Notes: generated by a model from the sequence alone, not told the origin. Shown: positions 11,708 through 21,900, counted from the first letter of the stretch. The stretch is DNA of 64,000 bases from Rheinheimera sp. (GCF_030690345.1 NZ_JAUYGV010000008.1:433-64432), one strand, 5' to 3'. Numbers and translations are program-made.

Positions 11708-12439
11708 TTACTCTGCTTCAACAACGAAGGCTTCGGCTTCAGCCTGGACTTCGATGTTTTTGTCACGACCTTCCAGGATAGCCTGACCTACAGCAGCCAG
11801 ATATAACTGGATAGCGCGGATCGCGTCATCGTTACCCGGTACTACAAAGTCAACGCCTTTTGGATCAGAGTTGGTATCAACGATAGATACAACCGGAATA
11901 CCCAGGTTGTTAGCTTCTTTGATCGCAATGTGTTCATGGTCAGCGTCGATCACGAACAGCACGTCTGGCAAGCCGCCCATGTCTTTAATACCGCCTAAGC
12001 TCTTTTCCAGCTTGTCCATTTCACGGGTACGGTCTAAAGCTTCTTTCTTGGTCAGCTTGTCGAAAGTACCGTCCTGGCTTTGCGCTTCCAGATCTTTTAA
12101 ACGCTTGATTGACTGACGAACAGTTTTCCAGTTAGTCAGCATGCCACCTAACCAACGGTGGTTTACGTAGAACTGATCAACTTTGCTTGCCGCTTCTTTG
12201 ATTGCTTCAGAAGCCGCACGCTTAGTACCAACGAACAGGATTTTGCCCTTTTTCGCTGCTACTTGCTGAATGAATGCCAGTGCATCGTTCATCATAGGAA
12301 CAGTTTGTTCCAGGTTGATGATGTGTACTTTGTTACGCGCACCGAAAATGAATGGCTTCATTTTTGGATTCCAGTAACGGGTTTGGTGACCGAAGTGCAC
12401 GCCCGCCTGGAGCATGTCGCGCATAGAAACTTTTGCCAT
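11708..12439 (-). CDS. rpsB: 30S ribosomal protein S2
   Basis: 243-aa ORF: [27 protein letters not shown]... Confidence 0.98.
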   Translation of the reverse strand: MAKVSMRDMLQAGVHFGHQTRYWNPKMKPFIFGARNKVHIINLEQTVPMMNDALAFIQQVAAKKGKILFVGTKRAASEAIKEAASKVDQFYVNHRWLGGMLTNWKTVRQSIKRLKDLEAQSQDGTFDKLTKKEALDRTREMDKLEKSLGGIKDMGGLPDVLFVIDADHEHIAIKEANNLGIPVVSIVDTNSDPKGVDFVVPGNDDAIRAIQLYLAAVGQAILEGRDKNIEVQAEAEAFVVEAE

Positions 12440-12545
12440 GATTTATTTTCCTGTATAAGGGGTTAAGCCTCCATGTATCCCATATGCCGACCTTGGTCTG
12501 GCTGTGGTTCAGCGCAGAGCAAAGCACCCCGGAATATGTGCCGAT
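12440..12545 (-). promoter_or_regulatory. rpsB 5' leader (candidate S2 autoregulatory structure)
   Basis: The ~105-nt untranslated leader has long-range GGGGUG...AACCCC pairing enclosing GC-rich helices just 5' of the SD. S2-mediated autoregulation via a conserved leader is established in gammaproteobacteria. The match to that structure is from memory only. Confidence 0.35.
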
Positions 12546-12749
12546 ACATGTGTGTTTTGTTTAGATTCCGCCGATTAACTCAGTGTTATCTCTATCTGAG
12601 AACAAAAGGTTCTGCAATAACAGATAAAGCAATTTGCTAATTTGCGGCGCGCTTTATACCATAGGCACCTTACAAACACAATCAAATGTGTATTTTTGCA
12701 GCAGTACGGCGGGCAACATAGTCCTTCGGTATAACCAGAGAGAACAGGC

Positions 12750-13538
12750 ATGACAGCAAGCATCAAAACCCCGGCCGAAATTGAAAAAATGCGTGTCGCA
12801 GGCCGCCTCGCCGCCGACGTGTTGGAAATGATTGAGCCTTATGTAACAGCCGGTGTTACCACCGACGAACTGAACACCATCTGTCACAATTACATTGTTA
12901 ACGAGCAGCAGGCGATACCGGCACCGCTGAACTACCACGGTTTTCCCAAATCCATCTGCACCTCGGTTAACCAGGTGATTTGCCACGGTATACCTGGCGA
13001 CAAAAAGCTTAAAGAAGGCGATATTGTTAATATCGACATCACGGTAATTAAAGATGGCTACCACGGCGATACCTCGAAGATGTTCGTGGTAGGTAAAGCC
13101 AGCATCATGGCCGAGCGGCTGATACGGGTTACGCAAGAGTGCATGTATCTGGGCTTGAAGAAAGTGAAAAACGGCGTGCGCTTAGGCGATATCGGCCATG
13201 TTATCCAGCAACACGCGGAAAAGCACAGCTACTCGGTGGTGCGTGAATACTGCGGCCACGGTATAGGGGCGGTATTTCATGAAGACCCGCAGGTATTGCA
13301 TTACGGCAAACCTGGCACCGGTGAAGTACTAAAAACCGGCATGTGCTTAACCATAGAGCCGATGATTAACGCCGGTGGCCGCCACAGTAAATTATTGGCC
13401 GATGGTTGGACAGTGGTGACCAAAGATCGTAGTTTATCAGCCCAGTTTGAACACACTATTTTAGTTACCGATACCGGCTGCGAAATTTTAACCCTACGCA
13501 GCGACGATACTATAGAGCGGATCTTAACGGCGGAGTAA
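12750..13538 (+). CDS. map: type I methionine aminopeptidase
   Basis: 262-aa ORF with ICHGIPGDKKLKEGDIVNIDITV..., HGIG and FEHT metal-ligand motifs. Divergent from rpsB as in E. coli. Confidence 0.97.
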   Translation: MTASIKTPAEIEKMRVAGRLAADVLEMIEPYVTAGVTTDELNTICHNYIVNEQQAIPAPLNYHGFPKSICTSVNQVICHGIPGDKKLKEGDIVNIDITVIKDGYHGDTSKMFVVGKASIMAERLIRVTQECMYLGLKKVKNGVRLGDIGHVIQQHAEKHSYSVVREYCGHGIGAVFHEDPQVLHYGKPGTGEVLKTGMCLTIEPMINAGGRHSKLLADGWTVVTKDRSLSAQFEHTILVTDTGCEILTLRSDDTIERILTAE

Positions 13539-13559
13539 CCGCCCCAACGGAGTAGCAGT

Positions 13560-16184
13560 ATGAGCCAGGCGGTAACCTACAGCAAAGCGCTTCCGGACAG
13601 TTACAGCCTGGAAGCTTATAAAAAGCATTTTGCTGACTTTCATGACTGGCTAAGCCGCAGCTTCTCGCAGCATCCGGTAAATGCGCTGGTAAAAGCCCGC
13701 GCCCGTTTTATTGACGATGTACTGGTGCAGCTGTGGCACAAGTACGAGTTACATAAAAGCAAAGACTTAAGCCTGATTGCAGTGGGCGGCTATGGCCGCG
13801 GCGAGTTGCATCCCTGCTCTGACATTGACTTGCTGCTACTGGCAGACGGCCGGTTATCCGCGGCACAACAAGAGGCGATCGCGCAATTTATTACCGTATT
13901 GTGGGATTTACGCCTTGAAGTTGGCCACAGTGTGCGCACGATAAAAGAATCGATAAAACTGGGCAAAGACGACATTACCATTGCCACTAACCTGTTAGAA
14001 ATGCGCCTGCTTACCGGTAATAAGCCGCTGTTTGAACAACTGCAATCAGACGTCAGCAAAGACAGCTTCTGGACCAGCCAGGCGTTTTTCCAAGCCAAAC
14101 GCCACGAGCAACAACAACGCCATGCCCAGTATCACGGCACGGCTTACAACCTCGAACCCAACTTAAAAGCCAACCCGGGTGGCCTGCGCGATATTCAAAC
14201 CATTGGCTGGGTGGCCAAACGGCATTTTCAAACCCGCACCATGCGCGAGCTGGTGGCCTACCAGTACCTGACCGAAGATGAATACCAGGAACTGATGGAA
14301 TGTGAAGCCTATTTATGGCAAATGCGCTTTGCACTGCACATAGAAGCCGGCCGTAACGAAAACCGTATTCTGTTTGACTACCAGCCGGCCGTGGCAGAAC
14401 GGCTGGGTTTTGGCGCCGACGGTAAAGCTTCGGTGGAACGGATGATGAAGCGGTTTTTCCGCACCGTACAGCGCGTAGCAGAGCTAAACGAAATGCTGTT
14501 GCAACACTTTGACGGCAGCATTTTAAACCACAAAGAAAAAGTGAAAACCCTGCTGCTGGATGACTACTTCGAGCTGCAGGGCCATTTGATCGCCGCCCGT
14601 GATAACGCGGTATTTGCCAGGCGCGATAACCTGCTGCGGCTGTTTTGGCATATTGCCAATAACTCTAATATTACCGGCGTACATTCCTCTACCATGCGGC
14701 TGATCCGTCAGGTGCGGCGGCGCTTAATGGGCGACTTACAGGACTATGAAGCCTGCCGCCAGCTGTTTTTAGCCATTATCCGCCATCCGCGCGGTATGGA
14801 TAAAGCCATTACCTTAATGCACCGCTATGGCGTACTGGCGGCTTACTTGCCGCAGTGGCGTAATATTGTCGGCCAGATGCAGTTTGATTTATTCCATGCT
14901 TACACCGTGGATGAACATACCCACCGTTTACTGAAAAACTTATACAAATACACGCTAAGCGAACATGAAAGTGAGTTTCCGCTGTGCAGCGATATCGTCA
15001 AAAAAATGGAAAAACCGGAGCTGTTGTATTTAGCCGGTATTTTTCATGATATCGCCAAAGGCCGCGGCGGCGATCACTCTGAGCTTGGTGCTATGGATGT
15101 GCGCGAATTTTCCAAGTTGCACAAACTCAGTGAGTTTGACAGCAAGCTGATTGCCTGGCTGGTCGAGCATCACCTGCTGATGTCAGTAACGGCGCAGCGC
15201 CGTGACATTCACGACCCGGCGGTAGTGGCGGAATTTGCCGAAAAAGTGCGCGACGAAACCCGGCTGAATTATCTGTACTGCTTAACCCTGGCCGATATCC
15301 GCGCCACTAACGACAATTTATGGAACGACTGGAAAGGCTCCTTACTGCGCGAGCTGTTTTTGGCCACGCAAAAAGCCTTTCGCCGCGGTTTGGAAAAACC
15401 AATGGATTTGCGCGACCTTATCCGCGAAAACCAAAGCGAAGCTATGCCACTGCTGCTAAAGCAAACCTTTAGTGAGAGTGAAATTTTGCAATTATGGAGC
15501 CGGATTAAAGCCGATTACTTTGCCCGCTACAGCGCGCGGCAAATTGCCTGGCACTGCGAGCATATTTTGCGGCATAAAAACCCGGACGAACCGCTGGTGC
15601 TGATCAGCAAAGCGCCCATCCGCGGTGGTACCCAGGTATTTATTTACACTAAAGATCAGCCCAAGCTATTTGCCCGGTTAGTGGCGGCGCTCGACAGCAA
15701 AAAAGTGAATATTTTCGATGCCCAAATTATGACCAACAAAGACGGTTATGCGATGGACACCTTTGTTATTCTGGAGCAAAACGGCGAGGCGGTAAATTCG
15801 CCATCACGCCAACAAAGCATTAAACGCGCGTTAGAGCTGTATATTCTGGACAAACCGGATTTATCGCGGCAAAAAACCAGGTTATCGCGCCAGATGCGCC
15901 AGTTTAACGTGCCGCCCAAGGTAGTGTTTTTACCCGGCAACACTGCCAGACGTACTATGGTGGAATTGGCCGCACTGGATACCCCGGGGCTGCTGGCCAA
16001 TATCGGCGAAGTATTTCAGCGCTGCGATGTGAATATTCATGCGGCTAAGATCACTACCATCGGCGAGCGGGCTGAAGACTTTTTTATGATTTCAAATAGC
16101 GACGAGCAGGCCCTGAGCAGCGAGCAGCAAAGCGCGCTGAAACGGGCACTGATCGAGCAACTATCACAGCAAACAGAAGGCTAA
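13560..16184 (+). CDS. glnD: bifunctional [protein-PII] uridylyltransferase/uridylyl-removing enzyme GlnD
   Basis: 874-aa ORF with a nucleotidyltransferase [17 protein letters not shown] motif, an HD domain ([15 protein letters not shown]) and two C-terminal ACT-like regions. Synteny map-glnD-dapD. Confidence 0.95.
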   Translation: MSQAVTYSKALPDSYSLEAYKKHFADFHDWLSRSFSQHPVNALVKARARFIDDVLVQLWHKYELHKSKDLSLIAVGGYGRGELHPCSDIDLLLLADGRLSAAQQEAIAQFITVLWDLRLEVGHSVRTIKESIKLGKDDITIATNLLEMRLLTGNKPLFEQLQSDVSKDSFWTSQAFFQAKRHEQQQRHAQYHGTAYNLEPNLKANPGGLRDIQTIGWVAKRHFQTRTMRELVAYQYLTEDEYQELMECEAYLWQMRFALHIEAGRNENRILFDYQPAVAERLGFGADGKASVERMMKRFFRTVQRVAELNEMLLQHFDGSILNHKEKVKTLLLDDYFELQGHLIAARDNAVFARRDNLLRLFWHIANNSNITGVHSSTMRLIRQVRRRLMGDLQDYEACRQLFLAIIRHPRGMDKAITLMHRYGVLAAYLPQWRNIVGQMQFDLFHAYTVDEHTHRLLKNLYKYTLSEHESEFPLCSDIVKKMEKPELLYLAGIFHDIAKGRGGDHSELGAMDVREFSKLHKLSEFDSKLIAWLVEHHLLMSVTAQRRDIHDPAVVAEFAEKVRDETRLNYLYCLTLADIRATNDNLWNDWKGSLLRELFLATQKAFRRGLEKPMDLRDLIRENQSEAMPLLLKQTFSESEILQLWSRIKADYFARYSARQIAWHCEHILRHKNPDEPLVLISKAPIRGGTQVFIYTKDQPKLFARLVAALDSKKVNIFDAQIMTNKDGYAMDTFVILEQNGEAVNSPSRQQSIKRALELYILDKPDLSRQKTRLSRQMRQFNVPPKVVFLPGNTARRTMVELAALDTPGLLANIGEVFQRCDVNIHAAKITTIGERAEDFFMISNSDEQALSSEQQSALKRALIEQLSQQTEG

Positions 16185-16192
16185 CAAAGACA

Positions 16193-17017
16193 ATGTCAGA
16201 GTTAAAAAGCATTATCGAACAAGCATTTGAACAACGTGCCGACATCACCCCTGCTACTGTCAGCAGCGAAGTAAAACAGGCAGTAGAATCGGCCATCAGC
16301 ATGCTGGATAACGGCAGTGCCCGGGTGGCTGAAAAACTTGCCGGCGAATGGGTAGTACATCAGTGGCTGAAAAAAGCCGTATTACTGTCGTTTCGTATTA
16401 ACGACAACCAGGTGATGGACGGGGCAGAGAACCGCTTTTTCGATAAAGTAGCGATGAAATATGCCGGCTACAGCGATGCACAGTTTCGCAGCGATGGCGT
16501 GCGCGTAGTACCGCCGGCTGCAGTGCGCCGTGGCAGCTATATTGCAAAAAATGTGGTGCTGATGCCTTCATACGTCAATATCGGCGCCTATGTCGGTGAA
16601 GGTACTATGGTCGATACCTGGGCTACCGTAGGCAGCTGCGCACAAATTGGTAAAAACGTGCATTTATCCGGCGGCGTAGGCATTGGCGGTGTATTAGAGC
16701 CGTTGCAGGCCAACCCGACCATTATTGAAGATAACTGCTTTATCGGCGCCCGCTCTGAAGTGGTAGAAGGCGTTATCGTGGAAGAAGGCGCGGTGTTATC
16801 CATGGGCGTATATATCAGCCAGAGCACGCGCATTTATGACAGGGAAACCGGTGAAATCAGCTATGGCCGCGTACCGGCCGGTGCTGTGGTCGTGCCCGGG
16901 ACTATCCCGGCAAAAGATGGCAGCCACAGCTTATATGCGGCTATTATCGTGAAAAAAGTCGATGCACAAACCCGTGCTAAAGTAGGCATTAACGCTCTGC
17001 TGCGCAGCATAGAGTAA
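16193..17017 (+). CDS. dapD: 2,3,4,5-tetrahydropyridine-2,6-dicarboxylate N-succinyltransferase
   Basis: 274-aa ORF with hexapeptide repeats and typical DapD length and N-terminus. Confidence 0.95.
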   Translation: MSELKSIIEQAFEQRADITPATVSSEVKQAVESAISMLDNGSARVAEKLAGEWVVHQWLKKAVLLSFRINDNQVMDGAENRFFDKVAMKYAGYSDAQFRSDGVRVVPPAAVRRGSYIAKNVVLMPSYVNIGAYVGEGTMVDTWATVGSCAQIGKNVHLSGGVGIGGVLEPLQANPTIIEDNCFIGARSEVVEGVIVEEGAVLSMGVYISQSTRIYDRETGEISYGRVPAGAVVVPGTIPAKDGSHSLYAAIIVKKVDAQTRAKVGINALLRSIE

Positions 17018-17034
17018 CTTACTGTTATAAAAGC

Positions 17035-17065
17035 AAAACGGCAGGTTATACCTGCCGTTTTTTAT
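17035..17065. terminator. bidirectional intrinsic terminator (dapD / small membrane protein gene)
   Basis: ACGGCAGG-ttata-CCTGCCGT hairpin followed by TTTTTT on the plus strand and a T-rich tract on the minus strand. Confidence 0.8.
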
Positions 17066-17080
17066 TACGCAGCTGCAGCG

Positions 17081-17275
17081 TTAGCCGATATACAGCAGTA
17101 CCGCAAAGCTGACTAAACCCACAGCGGCAAACATACCGTACTCCAGGCGCTTTTCAAATTGTTTCTCCGCCCCCACTTCCGCCGGCACCAACAGCGCCGA
17201 AAACAAACAGGTTAACCCTGCCAGTAAACACAGTGTGGTTACCCCAAACACCAGCGCAGAACCTAACATCGCCAT
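17081..17275 (-). CDS. small two-TM membrane protein, function unknown
   Basis: 64-aa ORF with two clear hydrophobic helices separated by a charged loop (AEKQFEKRLEY). It has its own terminator. Family assignment is uncertain. Confidence 0.55.
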   Translation of the reverse strand: MAMLGSALVFGVTTLCLLAGLTCLFSALLVPAEVGAEKQFEKRLEYGMFAAVGLVSFAVLLYIG

Positions 17276-17484
17276 ATGCCACCCTTAGTTGCTGTTAAAA
17301 CCGGTTAAGCCGCGTCGCGGCAAAAAACTGCGCGCATTCTAGCATAAAAATACCGCTGTTATGCCAGAGCTCTGTTACAACGTTATATTCTGTTACCAAA
17401 AAACTGCCGTCAATACAGCGGAATGTCAGCTAAACACCTTATACTGCCTGCATAGCTGTTGCCGGTATTTTAGCTGAGGGTGTA

Positions 17485-18246
17485 ATGTACTACTTTTTTC
17501 GTGGCCTGACTTTGATCCACACCAAAGGTTTAAAGCGTTTTGTGCTGGTGCCGCTGTTAATCAACCTGGTGCTGTTTTCCTTTGCGTTTTACATCTTACT
17601 GGCTCAGGTAAATGCCATGGTCGCGGCTGTGCAGCACTATCTGCCCGGCTGGTTGCACTGGTTAGAGTATTTACTGATCCCGCTGGGCGTAATGACACTG
17701 GTAATTGGTTTAGCCTACAGCTTTACCATGGTAGCCAACTTTATTGCCGCGCCCTTTAATGGCTTGCTCAGTGAAAAAGTAGAAGCACATCTTAGTGGTA
17801 AAACACTGCCCGATGTCGGCATAGCAGGCTTTATAAAAGATATCCCGCGCATGCTCGGCCGCGAATGGCAAAAACTGCTGTATGCTCTGCCGCGCGCTAT
17901 CATTTTATTTGTGCTGTTTTTGTTTCTGCCGCTGGTGGGCCCTATCCTGTGGTTTTTATTTACCAGCTGGTTGCTGGCTATTCAGTATGTCGACTACCCG
18001 TACGATAACCATAAAATTGACTTTCGCACCATGCGCGCGCAACTGCGCAGCCAACCCGGAACCAGCTTTGCCTTTGGCGTGACGGTAAATATCGCCTGTA
18101 TGATCCCGTTGTTTAACCTGTTTGTGATGCCGATAGCCGTATGCGGCGCCACCGCCATGTGGGTAGATAAACTGGCAGCACAAAATGACCCGGCACTAAA
18201 AGCTCCGGGCGCCAGGGCATACAATAAGCTGGACAAATACTGTTAG
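17485..18246 (+). CDS. cysZ: sulfate transporter CysZ
   Basis: 253-aa polytopic membrane ORF. Length and the FFRGLTLI..KGLKRFVLVPLLINL N-terminus resemble CysZ/EI24-family proteins. Confidence 0.8.
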   Translation: MYYFFRGLTLIHTKGLKRFVLVPLLINLVLFSFAFYILLAQVNAMVAAVQHYLPGWLHWLEYLLIPLGVMTLVIGLAYSFTMVANFIAAPFNGLLSEKVEAHLSGKTLPDVGIAGFIKDIPRMLGREWQKLLYALPRAIILFVLFLFLPLVGPILWFLFTSWLLAIQYVDYPYDNHKIDFRTMRAQLRSQPGTSFAFGVTVNIACMIPLFNLFVMPIAVCGATAMWVDKLAAQNDPALKAPGARAYNKLDKYC

Positions 18247-18365
18247 CTTTTCCGTCAGGAACACCAGACCAAACCTTACCCTTGTCGCTACCAGTGTCTA
18301 TGCTTGGTTTAACTGTCAACTTTGACAACCGCTGATTAACCACAGCACACCAGCATGGAAATATA

Positions 18366-19229
18366 ATGAAAATCGAGCCCTGTGATTACCGCGTGCAACC
18401 CGGTGAGAACCTTGACCTGACACAGCGTCCAACCCATGTTGAGCCGGTTTATGACGACAAAAAGGACTACAAAAAGCTGTTGCGGGAACAGGTCGGTGAC
18501 CTCAGTGAGTTACAGCGGCTGCATTACGCGTCGAATAAATATGCTTTATTAATAATTTTTCAGGGCATGGATACTGCCGGCAAAGACAGCGCTATCCGGC
18601 ATGTGATGTCAGGCGTTAATCCACAGGGCTGCCAGGTATTTAGTTTTAAACAACCCAGTGCAGCAGAGCTGGAGCACGACTTCCTGTGGCGCACGGTCAA
18701 ACGCCTGCCAGAGCGGGGACGGATTGGCATATTTAACCGTTCTTACTACGAGGAAGTACTGGTAGTGCGGGTACACCCGGAGCTACTGAAGGCACAAGGT
18801 TTTGCCAACGATGTCCTCGCAGGGCAAACCATCTGGCAGCAGCGCTTTAAATCAATAACGGATCTGGAAGCGCATTTACACCTTAACGGTACCCGGGTGG
18901 TTAAGTTCTTTTTGCACTTGTCTAAACAGCAGCAGCGCGAGCGGCTTTTAGCCCGTATCGACGAGCCGGAGAAAAACTGGAAGTTTAGTGTCGCTGACAT
19001 AAAAGAACGCGGACACTGGGACGACTATATGCACGCCTATGAAGCTTGCCTTAGCGCCACCAGCACTGCTGCGTCACCTTGGTTTGTTATTCCGGCCGAT
19101 GATAAGAAAAATGCCAGGCTGATTATCTCGCAGATCGTCATCGACAGCTTACAAAACCTGGACATGCACTACCCAAAAGTCAGCGCGGCGCGGCGCCGGC
19201 AATTGCTAAAACTACGCGAGCAACTTTGA
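18366..19229 (+). CDS. polyphosphate kinase 2 (PPK2) family protein
   Basis: 287-aa ORF with a P-loop [13 protein letters not shown] and the FLWR...[23 protein letters not shown] signature of single-domain PPK2 enzymes. Confidence 0.85.
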   Translation: MKIEPCDYRVQPGENLDLTQRPTHVEPVYDDKKDYKKLLREQVGDLSELQRLHYASNKYALLIIFQGMDTAGKDSAIRHVMSGVNPQGCQVFSFKQPSAAELEHDFLWRTVKRLPERGRIGIFNRSYYEEVLVVRVHPELLKAQGFANDVLAGQTIWQQRFKSITDLEAHLHLNGTRVVKFFLHLSKQQQRERLLARIDEPEKNWKFSVADIKERGHWDDYMHAYEACLSATSTAASPWFVIPADDKKNARLIISQIVIDSLQNLDMHYPKVSAARRRQLLKLREQL

Positions 19230-19268
19230 CCACCGCCGCACAAGTTTCAACAAACCGAATCTGCCTTA

Positions 19269-19556
19269 TTACCGCGCCGAAAAATGTTGCTCAAGCCACG
19301 GCAACGCAATCGTCTCTGGCTCCAGCGTTTCGCCGGTGTCAATGCGCAGCATCGGCGCCAGTTCCGTACCCTGAATTTCCAGTAACAGCTCACGCAGCTG
19401 CTCTCCGGCACCGCAAAACGTATCGTAACTGCTATCACCCAAGGCAATGAACGCAAACTGTTTGCCGGTTAACAACGGAAAACGGCTTTGTACATCCAGA
19501 TAAAACGGCAACAGGTTGTCCGGAATATCACCCAGCCCAGTACCGAACTGTAGAGT
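19269..19556 (-). pseudogene. 5'-truncated fragment of a yqcA/mioC-type flavodoxin gene (diverged duplicate of 20651..~20950)
   Basis: The translation ...PFYLDVQSRFPLLTGKQFAFIALGDSSYDTFCGAGEQLRELLLEIQGTELAPMLRIDTGETLEPETIALPWLEQ matches residues ~70-145 of the intact 151-aa flavodoxin at 20651..21106. There is no N-terminal FMN-binding half, and homology decays with indels near 19540-19560. Confidence 0.85.
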
Positions 19557-19682
19557 TCAACCTGATACTTAACACCAACTCCGCGCAAAATACACAAACA
19601 AAACTTATTGACACAATATAAATTACAATATAACAATATTCCTGCATGATTAACATATTTAACTTAACGGAAAAACATAGAG

Positions 19683-19850
19683 ATGAAACCATTTAGTATA
19701 TTATTAGTTACATTACTCTTCTCTGCTTCAGCACTGTCACTACCGATGACATGTAAATGCACTTCGGGAAGTATGGTGGTAGAGGTTTCTGGAGGCACAA
19801 CTAAGATGAGCTGTTCAGGTGGCGGACGCGTTAGCTGCAGGATTGGATAA
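19683..19850 (+). CDS. candidate 55-aa secreted Cys/Gly-rich peptide (not in the ORF track, below its length cutoff)
   Basis: My translation is MKPFSILLVTLLFSASALSLPMTCKCTSGSMVVEVSGGTTKMSCSGGGRVSCRIG*. It has a Sec-type signal peptide (K2, hydrophobic core, ASA-like cleavage site) and a mature part with 4 Cys and many Gly/Ser. It is co-oriented with and 51 nt upstream of the 231-aa ORF, in AT-rich foreign-looking DNA. The SD is weak. Confidence 0.45.
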   Translation: MKPFSILLVTLLFSASALSLPMTCKCTSGSMVVEVSGGTTKMSCSGGGRVSCRIG

Positions 19851-19901
19851 GATAACTCAAGGGCTTTATTTACAAGCTCTTCTTCAAAAACAGAGCGGAT
19901 C

Positions 19902-20597
19902 ATGAAATTAAATATTAATGTATTGGTAGTTATAACTGTGATAATTGCAGCTTTATTTCTTTATAGCTTCGATGGCAATGTTGAGATACTAAACCAGCAC
20001 CCAGAGCAACAGGCAGCTTCACAGAATAATAAAACTACCGAAAGCGATGTCACACCGCCTATACAGCTTGCTACGCTGCACGATAAAGATGTTGCTCCGG
20101 AATCTGCAATACCTGATAGCGTTGAGCAACTACCCAGCTCAGATCCTGAAGCGATAGCGCACCGTAAAGCAATAATGTTTTTCAACAGCTCGGCATTTAA
20201 GTCTGCGGAAACCATAAACGCAGCGTATCTAAATCACGATGGTATTGTGTCACGAAATACATTGGAAATGTCATTTTCCAATAATGACTTTAACCAATTA
20301 GTAACTGTAATTAAAAACGCGGAAAAAAATTCAGCGAGCTTCGAATTAGAAACGACCTTAGAGCAACATTTACTCCGCACATTAAGCAGCAAAGTTTTTG
20401 ACGAAAGCTATTCTTGTGCAGGACGCGTTTGCGCCTTAACTTTCAAAGCAATTCAGCCAGAACAAAACGTTGAATCAGTCAAAGACTTTACAACAAGTTA
20501 TGCATTTACTAACATTAGCCAAGATGATACCGGTGCTTATATTTATAAAGCTATTTTTATTCAGACAACTGATCCCAGTAATTTGCAGATACAATAA
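19902..20597 (+). CDS. hypothetical membrane-anchored protein (N-terminal TM helix), no recognisable family
   Basis: 231-aa ORF whose N-terminus MKLNINVLVVITVIIAALFLY is a signal anchor. The gene is ~30-35% G+C, against ~53% in the flanks (hand counts of 60-nt lines). Confidence 0.65.
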   Translation: MKLNINVLVVITVIIAALFLYSFDGNVEILNQHPEQQAASQNNKTTESDVTPPIQLATLHDKDVAPESAIPDSVEQLPSSDPEAIAHRKAIMFFNSSAFKSAETINAAYLNHDGIVSRNTLEMSFSNNDFNQLVTVIKNAEKNSASFELETTLEQHLLRTLSSKVFDESYSCAGRVCALTFKAIQPEQNVESVKDFTTSYAFTNISQDDTGAYIYKAIFIQTTDPSNLQIQ

Positions 20598-20603
20598 AAC
20601 ACT

Positions 20604-20636
20604 GAAAGAACTTAATTAGCTTCATTAAGTTCTTCA
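20604..20636 (+). terminator. AT-rich hairpin closing the islet operon
   Basis: AAGAACTTAAT-tagcttc-ATTAAGTTCTT forms an 11-bp perfect stem just after the 231-aa ORF stop. There is no strong U tract, so termination efficiency is uncertain. Confidence 0.45.
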
Positions 20637-20650
20637 GCTTCTATCACACC

Positions 20651-21106
20651 TTACTTTTCGTCTTTGAGTGCAAACTTCTGCTCAAGCCACGGCAAAGCAA
20701 TCGTCTCCGGCTCCAGCGTTTCGCCGGCGTCAATGCGCAGCATCGGCGCCAGTTCCGTGCCCTGAATTTCCAGTAACAGCTCACGCAGCTGCTCACCGGC
20801 ACCGCAAAACGTATCGTAACTGCTATCACCCAAGGCAATGACCGCAAACTGTTTGCCGGTTAACAGCGGAAAGCGGCTTTGTACATCAAGGAAAAACGGC
20901 AGCAGGTTGTCCGGAATATCGCCCTGCCCGGTGGTAGAGCTTATCAGCAACCAGATATCAGCATTAAAGCTTAATACCTGATCCAGTTTTGCTTCCTCAT
21001 ACAGCGCCACCTCGTGTCCCAAGCCGGTTAATAACGGCTGCGCCTCTTCAGCAACGTATTGGGCAGCACCATATACGCTACCGACAATCAGGGCTATTTT
21101 TGCCAT
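20651..21106 (-). CDS. yqcA: FMN-binding flavodoxin (YqcA/MioC type)
   Basis: 151-aa ORF: IALIVGSVYGAAQYVAEE...SSTTGQGDIPDNL...IALGDSSYDTFCGAG... It is colinear with E. coli YqcA and adjacent to truC and yqcC, as in E. coli. Confidence 0.85.
   Translation of the reverse strand: MAKIALIVGSVYGAAQYVAEEAQPLLTGLGHEVALYEEAKLDQVLSFNADIWLLISSTTGQGDIPDNLLPFFLDVQSRFPLLTGKQFAVIALGDSSYDTFCGAGEQLRELLLEIQGTELAPMLRIDAGETLEPETIALPWLEQKFALKDEK
20679..20928. repeat. direct repeat copy B (inside intact yqcA) of the ~250-bp segment also present at 19288..19537
   Basis: Hand alignment at an offset of 1391 bp shows about 15 mismatches in ~250 nt (~94% identity). Confidence 0.85.
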
Positions 21107-21900
21107 TTTTCCTCCATAAAAAGCTCAGCAAATTGTTGCTGATAATAAGTTTCATCTACCGGCCAGCCAAATTGGGCAAACAACGGTGCAAGCTCGTTCA
21201 GACCAGCGCTAAACTGCAAAGTTTCAGCGGTTACCGGATGCGGTAACTGTAATTGCTTAGCAACCAACATTAAGCGACGGCAATTAAAATGCTGTTTAAA
21301 CAACGCATTGTGCTTGCCATCACCGTGGCTGGTGTCGCCGACAATCGGATGGCGTAAATGCGCCAAGTGGCGGCGCAACTGATGTTTGCGACCGGTTATT
21401 GGCTGCAGTGCCACTAATGAGTAACGCGCAGCCGGGTATTTACTTACCGCAATGGGCAGTTCTACCTGCTGTAACGGCTGGTAGCGGGTTATAGCCTGCT
21501 GCGGCGCTTTATCGTCACGGCTGAACTTATCGGCAATTTTATCCAACTGTTCTTTAAGCGGGTAATCCAGCTCGCCGCCCTGCGGCAAAAAACCGCGAAC
21601 CACTGCCAGATAGTGCTTACGCCACAGCTTTAGCTCCTGTTGCTCGCCCAGCAGGCGCGCAACCTCAGCAGATAATGCAAACAGCAGTACGCCTGACGTG
21701 GGCCTGTCTAAGCGGTGCACCGGGAAGACATGTTGGCCGATCTGATCGCGCAGCGTTTGCATAACAAACACCGTTTCGTGTTTATCTAAAAAAGAGCGAT
21801 GCACCAACATGCCGCCGGGTTTATCTATCGCCACGATATAGTCGTCCTGATACAGGATAGTTAGCGGCGCTTGTAGCACAAAGGGTTCAGCTGAGCTCAT
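21094..21900 (-). CDS. truC: tRNA pseudouridine(65) synthase TruC
   Basis: 268-aa ORF with the RluA-family catalytic motif HRLDRPTSGVLLFA. Its position between yqcC and yqcA matches E. coli. Confidence 0.88.
   Translation of the reverse strand: MSSAEPFVLQAPLTILYQDDYIVAIDKPGGMLVHRSFLDKHETVFVMQTLRDQIGQHVFPVHRLDRPTSGVLLFALSAEVARLLGEQQELKLWRKHYLAVVRGFLPQGGELDYPLKEQLDKIADKFSRDDKAPQQAITRYQPLQQVELPIAVSKYPAARYSLVALQPITGRKHQLRRHLAHLRHPIVGDTSHGDGKHNALFKQHFNCRRLMLVAKQLQLPHPVTAETLQFSAGLNELAPLFAQFGWPVDETYYQQQFAELFMEEKWQK

Noticed and set aside
12654-13136. 160-aa minus-strand ORF overlapping the map start and promoter region
   Set aside because: It is antisense to methionine aminopeptidase, has no motifs, and would leave no space for the divergent rpsB and map promoters.
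19226-19456. 74-aa plus and 69-aa minus ORFs over the yqcA fragment, and their 67-aa counterpart at 20644..20847
   Set aside because: They are alternative-frame shadows of the flavodoxin coding sequence. Their near-identical translations merely reflect the DNA repeat.
19664-19903. 79-aa minus-strand ORF in the AT-rich islet (listed in the ORF track)
   Set aside because: It has no recognisable features. Its start overlaps the divergent 231-aa ORF start by 2 nt, leaving no room for a promoter or SD. It is exactly antisense to a plus-strand 55-codon ORF with a textbook signal peptide that fits an operon with the downstream gene. I kept it as a less likely alternative, not disproven.
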